A stretch of DNA of 64,000 nt, from NCBI GenBank assembly GCA_964036045.1, contig OZ038378.1:14942001-15006000 (forward strand), given 5' to 3'. Positions within the stretch are counted from its first letter, which is position 1, and every line of letters begins with the position of its first letter. The position numbers and the translations under genes are program-made. Positions 23,369 through 34,968 of this stretch are shown here, piece by piece. The stretch comes from Eutreptiella sp. 'Long Island Sound 2002' (Eukaryota > Protista > Euglenida). The notes beneath the pieces were generated by a model. The model did no database searches. It saw only the letters and a program-made list of their open reading frames with translations, and was not told where the DNA came from.

Positions 23369-24474
23369 CTGCGGACACACAGAGTGTCAGTAGAGTGAAG
23401 AACTCAGCAGAAGAAACACTGGGGGCCGTCAGCCACAGACCACAGGAGAGCAACAGCGACACAAGGGGGGGGGGGGGACCGTATGTCAACAAAAGCAGCG
23501 GGGTCACACTGGGGGCGCCTTTTTTGGCGGATTGACGACGGGCACAGGGCACTGCTCATGAAAGGGGAGGCGGCCGGATCAGATGATCGAGGTGCACAAT
23601 GGGGAAGCGGAGTGGACCAGACATTGTGCGGGACGGCGAAGAGCGCAACGCGCGACCCTTCAGGGCGCAGCGATCAAGGATGTACTTGAGGTCACAGAAT
23701 GGTGGGGGGACTCTAGCGGTTGCAAACTGGTTGGTGGGGCGTTGGGGCGGAGGGCATTGCCAACCGGAATACGGGGATGCAGCAACTGAGGTACGCAAAG
23801 GGGAGTACGTCAGCAAGTGAAGGCAGTGGTCCTTGTTCCATTGGCACATTTCTGTAGGGGACAGGGGGTTACCCCCCAACCCCTTCAAGCGCACCCCTGC
23901 CCACGATCGGCCAACAGGACCAAATATCACAGAGGGGGAGAAGGGCCGAAGGGACGCGGCAGGAGCCGGATTCCATGGTGGCGGGTTTTCGGCGGATCAG
24001 CAGAGGACGGAGTGGTACGGTGAGCACCTGCAACGCTGCTAGAACAGTGGCAGCGAAGGTGGGGCGGTGGCGCTGAGGTGGGCAAGACCGCGAGCAGAGT
24101 CGTCAGCGGCCGAGAGAGACCATCACGTGAGGTCCCATGGGAGACAAAGTAGATGCTCACCCACCCCCCTTCCCCCAAAGAGGCTCCTTTGACCGTGCAG
24201 CTCAACTCCAACCAGGACCAGCCCCGGAGCTCCGGAGGTGACACAGGCCCCACAAATGAGAACAAATGAAAACGGCATTTCGGACTCAGCGCCGAAGCGG
24301 AGGGGCCCAATTAAAAAAACCTGTCACCAATTGTTGACCAACATGAAAACGTTTTCGGGCGGGGGGGGGGGGGGAGCGGGGCACCAGGCCAGGGCGCGTA
24401 CCCAAACCCGATCATCCACAATTCCAACTCATCAAATGGGGGCGCGTGCTGCAGAGCGTGCGCGTGAGCGGCAG

Positions 24475-24669
<195 letters not shown>

Positions 24670-24920
24670 GGCGTAGCAAACAAGCACTAGTCGAATAGTC
24701 AGACACAGACTGAACGCCCAGATCTCGTCAGATGGAAAGTCAAACACAGAACATGTTGAACTTCAGGAGGCGCCTTTCTGTAGGAAGGAGGTGCAGCTGC
24801 AGCACAGAACCACAGGATACCTGAAGGATACAGAGCAGTCTGCACTGCCAGGTCAGTAGCAGTGGCTGAGGAGCTTCAACTTCTCCCGACGGCACACGGC
24901 GGATCGGGAGTGTGTATGCA

Positions 24921-24935
24921 ACACACACACACACA

Positions 24936-25000
<65 letters not shown>

Positions 25001-25097
25001 AGCATACCATACAGCACAATACAAAAAGTGGGTGCACGTGGAGTATTTGCCAGATCTTGACAATCTTCAGATCCCGCAGCGCAAACTGCAGCGCAGA

Positions 25098-25130
<33 letters not shown>

Positions 25131-25146
25131 CACACAGGCACACACC
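24921..25146. repeat. (AC)n(TC)n microsatellite (24921-24997) and (CA)n (25099-25146)
   Basis: Directly visible in the sequence. Confidence 0.95.
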
Positions 25147-25971
25147 TGAACAGCCAGATACAGCCACACCGACCCACGTACAGCTGCACAGCCACAGAGC
25201 CGTTTACAGCCACTGGCAGCCAGACACAGCCACGCGCAGCACACTAGGAACTGCTTAACGCCCTACCCTTGCGCCAAAGGGCGTCGCCATGCGCTTGTTG
25301 TTGGTGAGGAGGACGAGATGTCCTAATCCCCCCCCACCCAGTGCCTCGTTAAGAGGGGGGGGGGGGTCCAGGGGGGGGTCCACCCCCCCCCAGTGGTGCT
25401 GAGGTTTTAGAGGTGCCGGAGAAGCTTTTTGGGCACAGATAAAAACCACCACCGACCAACAATCGCCAAACTGAATTGCACAACGGGGGTTCCAAGCCTT
25501 TTTGAAATTCTGTCAACGCAAAAAGGCCGCAGCTCTAATCATGGTATGCAATGGCGTCTCCCCAAAGCCAGCCGTAAATCCCGACGTCACTCCTTCACAG
25601 CATTGAGTACACGGTTCCGATCAGAAACATCAACCCTGACCATGGAAAAGAGGCATCCGCCTTCCTCCACTTTGTGAACAAAGAAGCCACAACTGGAGTA
25701 CATGGACACACAGTACAACAGGCAAAAACAACGGACAAACACAGGTACAAGGTAGGCTACTACAGTCACCAACTGCGCCGAAGGCGTAAAAGAAAAAAAG
25801 GGCCCCAATATTTTAGGGGTGGGTCTTGGGGGTGGGTGGGTGGTGTGGGAGCCCCCCCCCCCCCCAACCCCCCCACCCCCCACCCCTGGTGCCGAGTTGT
25901 TAAAAGGAGTCCTGCCCCCACCCCACACACACACATTGGTATCCTGGTGCCTCGCCATCATCAGCACGCAC

Positions 25972-26324
25972 CTTCAGCTGTTTCAAAGGCTCCATTGTTT
26001 CGGCCTCGGGCAGCATTGCATTAATGAAGAGCCGTGCTAACCAATATGAACTGGCCTTGACCCCGAGACCCAGGCACTTGTTGTCTGCGCTGGTGCAGTG
26101 GTACTCACTGGCCTTCCACCGGAACGAGTCCAGGGCGTTGAAGAAGCATGGGTACCCGCAGAGACGCTTGCGCATGTCACACTTGCGGCCCGTGTACAGG
26201 CGCGACACGTTCAGCCCCCTGTGGGCCTCGTCGTACAGGATGTCGGGGAAGACGTGATTGAACGGGTACTGTGGCGTCTGTCGCATGGGCACGATCATGT
26301 CATAGTCCGTGAACTTGACCACCC
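25972..26324 (-). CDS. Secretory-pathway kinase, exon 4 of 5
   Basis: The acceptor CCCCAG| is phase 1. Translates VVKFTDYD (DFG equivalent), a Cys-rich segment ending CLGLGVKASSYWLARLFINAMLP, then EPLKQLK. The phase-0 donor AAG|GTGCGT is at 25971. Confidence 0.85.
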
Positions 26325-27126
26325 CTGGGGTATGGGCAGGGGATGGGGATAGTGGGTGCAGGAGGAGAGGGGGCGTTCCATAACGGCGGGTGGGGTAGCA
26401 TGTAGCACGACCGGTGTCCAGTGCTGTGTGTTTTGTGTGATTGAGCTTGTGCTGGGGAGGGGTGCCACCTCCGGCTCTGCACTCGTGCTCCAGAACCCAC
26501 TTGCCCTCAGCCCGAGCACAGGGACCGCCTGGCGTATGGCGCCCGGGGCACGCTCCACCAGCAGCACCACGGGCAAAAAACCTGGGACTGCAGAGCAGCA
26601 CGATGGGCAACACCCGGTGCTCCGCAACCCCCCGCCCCTGTGCTACACTTCCCGCGTCATGTCATTTGTGGTGGAGAGCACCATCCGAACTTCACGGCCC
26701 TTGGGAATGACTGCCTGTGAGGCCTCTGTCGGCGCTGGCAGGGGAGTGGACGCCCTGGGGGCAGTGGTGCTGAGCAGTGGTGCCACACAGACATTCCACT
26801 GTGAATCACGGCCCCCCGCCCTCCCCCTCCCTAAGGCCTTTATGGCAAACCGGCACAAGGAGGGGGCGGGTTAGACAGCGACAACGGTTGCACAGCGGGA
26901 CCAAGAGTTACAGGACCTGGGACCCCAAATCTCAGGTCTCAACACCGTCTCTGCAGGAGTGCACATGCATGCGGCACTTGCAGCTGGGCATCAAGGGAGT
27001 GCTTAGTGATGGGGGGGCGGGGTCATTGGCCTTCTGGCACCTCTTGTGCTCTCGAATTGCATTTGGATGATCCTTGAATCAGGCCTATGCTCCTGCCAGC
27101 GCCAAAAGACTATTGCTCGCCCAAGG

Positions 27127-27905
27127 ACATGAATTATGGGAAATTATGGGTAATTATGAGGAATTATGGGGTTTTTTGAGGAGTTACGGGGAATTATGGG
27201 GATTATGGGGATGCCTGTGCAACACAAGTTGCGAAGACATTCATTCACATAGCCTCATGCCAAACGGCCACGGGTGGCGGAACAACACCGTTCACTTAAG
27301 CGTCCCAAATGATGTGCATCTTTCAAGGAGTGTCACTTGTCCGTGCGGGTCAATTTGTAATAGCTATTGCACCGCTCAACGTCGGCAGCCGTGTGCGGCA
27401 TGGATAGCGTGTGAATGGCAAGTGTTGCCAATTGGGATAGTTGGCTTTTCATGCCTCTCCACCATGCCATTAGGTTGAGCTGAGCAGGAACGGCGGGTAC
27501 ACCCCAATACAAGTCCCACTTAGCACCCAACGCGGCAGCCATATTTGCTGGAACTACCCTTTGGACCATATCCACAGCCACATAATTTACAATGTCCACG
27601 TTGGTGGGGGTCAAAAACCCTGGCTGATTTGGCATAGGCTAGCAATCCGAGGTACTTATCATCAGCAACAACCCTGACATAAATGCCCATAAAAACCCAG
27701 AATTCCCCATAAATCCCCATATTTCCCTACAATTCAACCATAATTGACCCGTAAATCCCCACAATTCCCATAATTCCCCATAATTTCCCATGGTTCAACC
27801 ATAATTGACCCATCATTCCCCGTCATTCCCCATAATTCCACCCCACAGTCCCTACAAGCCATTGGGCAACAACCACTCCCAGTACCCCTTTCGGAATTAT
27901 GGGAA
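27127..27905 (-). mobile_element. hAT transposon remnant: C-terminal dimerisation domain between GGGAATTAT repeat clusters
   Basis: WWRGMKSQLSQLATLAIHTLSMPHTAADVERCNSYYKLTRTDK*HSL matches the hAT dimerisation pattern (WW...LA..A...LS.P....ER). It has an in-frame stop and an upstream frameshift. Inverted clusters of GGGAATTAT / ATAATTCCC flank it. Confidence 0.75.
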
Positions 27906-28954
27906 ACTGCGCTTGATCTAACAACCTCTCTTCGAGGTGATTTGCTCGCCAAAGCCAAAGCAAGTCCAATCGGCAAGCTCGCCAAGGTTTTGGCGAACGC
28001 ATAGCCCTGCTTGATGATCATCCAACATTCACATTCTTTTGTGGCATGACAAAATTGTAAAGCAAAACAGGTCTGCAAAATGTGGCAGCACCTCATGCCT
28101 CAAAATGTGCCTCAGCCCATGGACAATGCTTGCGGTCTACCAAGCTCAGCAACCCACCCACCCACCCACCCAAAAGAGCTGACCCCCCCCCACCCCCCCC
28201 CCGGGAGGATAGCTGCAATTTCCCTAATTTAGGGGACGGACAAATCCACCCACCCTCAGGCACCCCTCCCCAGTATAGTATCAACCGGCCACTGAGCAAT
28301 CCCCTGGTAGGCGTCATATTGGGGATGAGGTCGGTGTAGGGGCCAAGGGTTAATTGCCCTAGTTTGTTGTGCACCCGTGTGGCCATCCCCGCCCCCCTCT
28401 CCCCCGGCACTCCCCATCCCTGCTCTCCACAAAGAAGGGGGAGTGGTGCCAAGTGCCAGTATCAGGCACTACTTACAATGCGGCCCTGGAAGGGGGGGGG
28501 GGTCGAATCAGAAGCAGGGAAAATGAGGGAGAATTGCAAAGAAGAAACGGGGCGGGCGGGGGGGGGGGGGATTGTGACAAATTGTGACCAAAACAAGGGA
28601 TTCACTTGTCCCTAATAAACACTAGCTCACACTGCAACACAGGGGCTCACGAACGTTAGGATGTGTGATTGGAGCCTCTGGAAGTGGTAGCCTTGTTTAA
28701 TTAGGCCACTCACCAAAAGGCCTTGGTCCCAAGGCCTCCGGGAGCAACTGACCACTGGGTCGCGCATAGGGCAGATTGTTTGTATGGGTTGCCAATCACG
28801 CGCTCGATAACCCCCCCCCCCCCCTGCAAGAACAACGGCAAAGGCACTGAAAATGACGGAAACAACGCCTTCTGGTGTATTGACAAGGGTGTTGTTTACA
28901 CGCACCCTGAGAAGACACGGGTGGTGATAGCACTTTGCCTAAGGGGGAATCTTT

Positions 28955-29717
28955 GCACTGCGCGCGCACTGCGCGCGCACTGCGCGCTACTTTTAGACTA
29001 TGTTCCCCCCGAAGAGCCCCCAAGCACACCCCTTGGAAACGCCCTTAGAATTAGGTGACCCAAACTGCCCCAGCTCAAGAAAGTTGCAAACTACCTTCCC
29101 TTAACATAACACACACATGTTCCTTACGATGCCCCACTGCCACATGCGTGGTTTCAGTTGTGAGGAAGGGGCTCTCTCCTTTCCCTTGCGGTTAGAATCG
29201 GATTGGGGTTGAGATTGTGTAGCCACGGGGGGTTGCGAGGACTGAGAGGGTTGAGGGAGATTGGAGCTGGACGAAGCCACATCGGCCCGAGGGGGCGCAG
29301 CAACACAAAAAGCATCCAGTGTGCGTTGCCGCTTTTCTAGGAACTGCTGCGCATGTTTTGCTTGTTTCTTGGCCTCTCTCTCTCTTTTCTCACGGCGCAA
29401 ACGGTCAATCGCAGGCTGCAGTGTTGGCGCTTTACTGCCGCCTTCAGAGAATGGTTGGCCATCAAGCCCATCCTGGATGATTACACTTTCTTCATCCCTT
29501 GGTAAGTGGTTACCCTTGCCGAACCGCAAGATCTGCTCAATCACCTTTGGCACACCCAAACAAAGGGGGACAGAATCAGAAGTCAAAACCTCCGCTAGAG
29601 GTCACCATGATGCCACTAGGGGCCCCTAGTATCTCAAAGTATGGGTCTCTAGTACGGCCGGACGCCCAAATAGTTGCACTGCGCGCGCACTGCGCGCGCA
29701 CTGCACGCGCACTGCGC
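28955..29717. mobile_element. Element with 11-bp GCACTGCGCGC arrays at both sides enclosing a coding-like fragment (29101-29586, minus strand)
   Basis: Arrays lie at 28955-28987 and 29676-29717. Related GCACGGTGCGC arrays occur at 54698-54748 and 55851-55890. The internal ORF (EQILRFGKGNHLPRDEESVIIQDG...) has unknown identity. Confidence 0.4.
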
Positions 29718-30311
29718 TTAAGGCTCCCCCTAAGGACGGGCTCAAAGATAATTCAATGCACAATTCTCATCAAAATAAGGCGATTGCCCAAGGGTGGGTC
29801 CTTTGATGGACCATGGGCGCAAACTCCACCCAGCCCTGAATCACAGCAAAAAAACTTGATACACCACCAGAAAACGCAACTGCCCAATTCCATGGTTCCA
29901 AAAGTTGCGGAAACAGGTCAGCCTATTTAGGTCCTGCACGCTGTGCGTACAGGGGACAGTGCAGAAGCAGGATGTGGCAGTGCCACCGTGCCGCCCCCCA
30001 AGCCTCACTCACCCTTAGTGTACATGGCGCGAGAGAAGGACCCGCACCAAGGGCTTCAGTGTCTTCGCTGTGGGCCCTCCCGTGCCCCTTGCCCGGGGTC
30101 TTCGATCCTCTCGGGGGCGCAAACGCTCTCCCCTTCCCCTCATTCCTCGGCAGCATCGCAGCAGCCGATCTGGTGAAGCCCAGAGCAAAAAGGCCGCGTG
30201 CCGCGGCTGGGCGATGGCGCCCTGCTTGTGCCGTTCCAAAATTCCCTCCCCTGATATGCACTGGGTAACACAGGGCTGTGTGGGGGGCATGCCCGTATTC
30301 ATGAGGCATAC

Positions 30312-30419
30312 CATCATGAGTGGCCATAAACTGCAATAAATTGACATCGCACAAGATGTACGGTGATCCGGCCCGTGTATCGGTTCGTTGCGCCATAAAC
30401 ACTGCAAACGCTGCAACAC
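30312..30419 (-). CDS. Secretory-pathway kinase, exon 3 of 5 (catalytic loop)
   Basis: The acceptor ACACGCAG| is phase 1. Translates (G)VAAFAVFMAQRTDTRAGSPYILCDVNLLQFMATHD(G). The phase-1 donor G|GTATGC is at 30311. Confidence 0.85.
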
Positions 30420-31003
30420 CTGCGTGTGGACAGTGTGTATTGCTGGTTGATAGTGACCATGAATGGGGCTGGCGAGCTAATGAATTGCCAGTTTCATCTT
30501 TGTGTGTTGATGTGCCAGGGGGGACATCTGCAAAGCGCCTGGCGCCACTGTTTCGGGCCCTGTGCTCAAACAGCGCGCCCCCACCTTGGGCTTGGGGGCT
30601 TTGCACACAGAGGGGAGAGACCACCGGAGAGTAAACTGGAAGCCCCCCATTCCTCTGCGACGCTCCCTCCTCCCAGCACTGACCTCCACCAACAAGCAGG
30701 CCATTCAAAAGACATGGCACCAGACATCGCGGGTGCATGGTAGCCTCTTAGCCTTTATGGAAGCCCTCCTGCTTTCCCAGTTGCTAGAAGCACTGATAGT
30801 ACTGATGGTGTGCGCTCCCCTCCGGCAAGGACGCATGCCTCCAGGCTGTAGCCCACTGCTGCTTGGTGGTACGTTGTTTCCGATGCTCGCCTGTCATCAA
30901 GTCTCAGTCAAACTTGCAGCTGGTTCCTCGGGCCGACCCCCAGTACACCCATCCTCACACATAAGCAGGACAGGAAAAATGAAGTTTTCCAAACGGAGCC
31001 AAA

Positions 31004-33210
31004 ATTCTTTTGCCTTCGGCAGGGCAAAAGACGGGGGAAGAGCCTAGCAGCCACTATGTGGGTCCCCTTGGGTGCTCGAGTACCTGTATTGTCACCAAAT
31101 GATCACCAATCCCAGGGGCAACAAAAGGGTTTCAGAAAAAGTCGAAACTTTTGCAAATTTTGAGGTGCCACTGAACAACCTAAACAAGAACAAATTCGGG
31201 TGCAACTCCGTTTATTGTCCATAAGCCTATGTACATATATGCGTGCCGGCCAAGCAGATAGCCCGGCAGCGTCACCACATCAGCACCCTACAAAAGCCCA
31301 AGGATCCCAAAGGATTTTTTGGAGGTTACCACGGGGGGGGGGGGGCGACTACAACCGGTCCTGATGCAACATACCCCCCAGTTATCTGTCAAAACCGGGG
31401 TGGGTGTTTGGGGGGGGGGTCTGCTGGAGGATGTAGGGGGTGGGGGTATTTTGGGCCGGGGGGGGGGGGGGGTTCCCAAGGTGGGGGGGCTTGCGCGCGA
31501 CCCACTACTACCACATGCATACCTCCATGGGGGATGTGTGTCTGGGGGTTTGGGGGTACGGAGGTATGCATGCGATAATAGCGCTTGCTCGTCATTGCTG
31601 AGAAGAAAGTCCCCAACTCAAGGGGCCACGCAACAAAGCGTGGATTGTGAGTCCCTAACCCCAACGCAAGGGGCCATGCAATAAAGCGTGGGAAAAAATA
31701 GAAACAAGAAAGAAAGAAAGAACGGAGTGTGTTCGCCCCAGAAAGAATTTGGCGCTGCACTCGGGCTGGGGTTTTGCTCCGAATGCAGGATCTTCACTTC
31801 ACAACAAACGACATTTGTATAGCGGCCCGTCTTGCTAATCTCCGCTAGAAAGCACCTCGCAACAAGCGACATATGTATAGTGCCTCGTCTTGCGATACCT
31901 GGTGCTCAAAAGCACTAATGGTTTTATGAAAAGGAAGCATACACTAAAAAAGGGGGGCGCCGTTGGTGCCATGCAAAAAAAAGGGGGTGCCGTTGCCGTT
32001 TGCCCCCAACCCACTATCTCTCAAAACCCGGCGGCCTTAAAACGGCTGAGTCTAAGAAACTTGGGAAAAGCACCCGGGACCCTCTTCATGGCTAGGGGGT
32101 ACATATTGAAGAAAAAAGTGTGTTGTTGGGTGATGATTTGGTGGTGACAATGGGAGTACGTAGAAACCCATGGGGAGCCATATAGCACCAAATAGGCCCT
32201 CTTAGTGGGGCCAATTGGCCCTCAAAAGCACCAGTTGGGGCTTGGTTGCGCTATAAGGGGCAAAGGTTGGTTGGCCTATAGCCAACATTGTGCGTCAATT
32301 CAAACCTTGACCCATGTGCCCTTAAGAACCGCCAAGGGTCACCAAGAAAATGTGCATTTTTCACCCAACGGATAAAGGCCTTTTTTTTTTAGTGAAAACG
32401 GTCATTTGGTGCGCCATGAATGGCTCTAGGCAAACCTAGAGGCTTCCAAAAAATGTCCTTTTGTCTCCGAGTATGCGTATATTATCACAACATCCCAAGT
32501 TGCACCCCTCAACATGGGCACCATGGAGACACGGTGCCACGGAACAAAAATGGCTGAAAAATACATCAACTGCATTAGCACTTGTCCCACTCCGCCCACA
32601 CAAACCCCATGGAGTCGGGACCCGAAAACACTTTTTCGGCTCCAAATCGAAGAGAAAAAAACCAAAAGAGTCATAATTTCCAGCCCAAAAAAAGCGTGGG
32701 GGTCATTTTCTTGACATTTTTGACCCCACACCAATCCCCCCCACCCCCACCTCCCCCCTCAAAAAAATGAGTTTCAAGTGGGGGCCTCAGGGGGGTCTCA
32801 AACAAAAAACTCGTTGGGGGATGTGTTTGTTGGACAAAATAACCATTTTACGAGGGATTACACCAACAAATCAACCCCTTGGCGTATGGTACGTGGATAG
32901 GCCCAAAAGGGGGGGAGGTATGTGGCGTTTTCTCATGTATGTCCAAATTGACACACAACAGGGACAATATGCAAAGAAACTTTTGACCCCCCCAAATGGC
33001 ACTCATGTATGGGGTGGGGTGGGGTGGTGGGGGGGGGGGGGCAAAATCGAAAAATTCATCGGGGATGATTCTATCTTTCAAAGTGATGATTTTACAAGGT
33101 GTTAGACATGTGATACCATGCTTTGGGGTATGCTACACGAATGACCCAGAAAAAAAGTTAATATGGCGCCGGCACCTGTGCTTGATCTAACAACCTCTCT
33201 TCGGGGTTAT
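31004..33210. mobile_element. Long member or composite of the asymmetric-terminus family (in kinase intron 2)
   Basis: The left end is ATTCTTTTGCCTTCGGCAG and the right end is CTTGATCTAACAACCTCTCTTCGGGG. Interior blocks match 18.7-19.8 kb, and 32330-32700 is an inverted copy of 20320-20700. Confidence 0.5.
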
Positions 33211-34771
33211 TTGAGGCTGATTGTAGGGAGAGAAGCTTGGTTTTGCCCCACCCAGCAACCCACCCCCCCTCACCCTGCAGGCACTGCATCCTTCACTGGG
33301 CACCAAATGGCATATCGACGGGCCTGGAATACACCGGGGTGGGGGGTGGGGGGTCAAGGGTAACTTTGTGTGGCGTGAATTTCGGGCCCAAAAGTGGACA
33401 ATCAGTGAAGGGAAATTTTGGGGCCCCAAATGTTGGAGGATGCCGAATCAGCAGTCAAAAGGGGGCTGAAGGTTGAGTCCCCATACTGAGAGGGGGGCTT
33501 ACTGGCTCGAGGAGAGGGTGTGAAGAGGGCCAGTTTCCTCGTGTCCAATTCTGAGAGGGAAAAAAAAACTTGTCGAAATCAGCGGCTGTGTTTCCCTCAT
33601 ACAACGCCCACAAACACTCTCGACCACAACTAGCCTCTCTGACTCACAAGCAGAACTGGTGTGACGAACAGACCGACTGCCGACAACAGCGCACCTGCCT
33701 ACCACCGCCAGAGAGGATACAGAAGGTGTGCAGGAAAATTCATGGAAGACGCCGGAAGAAATAGCCAAAATTGTGGGAAAAAAAACTACTGGGAGAAATT
33801 TCGGCAACAATCAGAAAAACGAATTTTTCCCCAAATTGACCGCTTCTATAGCTGCCCTTCTCCCCCTCCCTCAAAAGTGTCAATGGCGAGCCATGGTGCG
33901 TCACACCGCTTCACAATTGCAAGCGGGCTTCAAACGGCACAGTTGTTTGAAATGGCTGTGCCATACTGCTGATTGCATGATTATGTCAAGCGATATGGTT
34001 CCACAGTAGCATCAAGCTATGGGGGAATGTTTGCCCAGTGCATGCCCGGCGCGCTACCTTTGTATTAAATATCTTATCTCTAGCCCCAGGTTTATCCTCA
34101 CCTTGGGAAGTCCCCCAAGTAGACGCACTAGACCGCAACCTTCCCTGCAAGGCACCTTGCATAAGCAGAAATATGAGAATTCAACAACACAAAATTTCAC
34201 ACCCACCACTTCCAACCACCACCCTTGCCATTGTCGTAAACTGGGTGCAAAGGATGGGCCAAATTCTTAGACACGGCGAGAAGGTACTCCAAATTGTTTG
34301 GTGAGGTGGGGGCAAAAACAGGCACGGGTGGGGGATGGTCAAAAAAAGATGCCTGGCGCGTGCCCGGTGCGCTAACGCTCCCCTATATGGTCCTATGGTT
34401 GTGGCATGCTGTGATTCCATAATTGTGCCATTCCAAAATTGCATCATGCTGTAGGATTCTATGGGTGCACCGCGCCCTATTGCATCAGACAGGCTTCAAA
34501 TCCTGCATGGCACAATAACGGATCATCACACAATCATGGAATCATACATCATGACACAATTGCAGTAGATGCCATGATTTGAAATGCTTTGAATTCCTAA
34601 AATGCCATGAGAAGTGTTGAACAAAAATGATATGGCATGACACAAAGCCAATACGTCATGCTGCATGCTGCATGCCTGTAATGCTGCTGTCATGGGCATG
34701 AAAGACGGGATAGCAGTCGGACAGGGACAGCCTGGGCGGCACAGGAGAAGCAACATTAGAGAGTAGCACAC

Positions 34772-34968
34772 CCAACACCATCTGCAGCCTGCGTTCAAGC
34801 GGGAGACTTAAGAAATGTCCTTGCACTCCGTCCTCCTGCTTTTTCTTGCCAGCATTGATGTTGGCTGAACTCAGCTTTTGAGGTAATGCCTCCACTACTA
34901 ACGCCAGCTTGTGAGCGGAGGGGCCCTCACAGACCCCATGTACCTTCATCAAGTTGGGGTGTGCAATT
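34772..34968 (-). CDS. Secretory-pathway kinase, exon 2 of 5
   Basis: The acceptor CCTTCTGCAG| is in matching phase 2. Translates (R)IAHPNLMKVHGVC...LALVVEALP...LPLERRLQMVL(G). The phase-1 donor G|GTGTGC is at 34771. Confidence 0.85.

Noticed and set aside
21650-24250. GC-rich coding-like tracts (21.6-22.4 kb and 23.4-24.25 kb) as additional genes
   Set aside because: There are several competing short frames with stops on both strands and no recognisable domain or phase-consistent exon chain. They are probably decayed TE sequence.
25008-25085. Alternative kinase exon (FALRDLKIVKIWQIL...) between microsatellites
   Set aside because: It has a CAG acceptor and a GT donor, but exon 4 joined directly to 23368 restores the kinase C-terminal spacing. 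It cannot be excluded as an alternative exon without RNA data.
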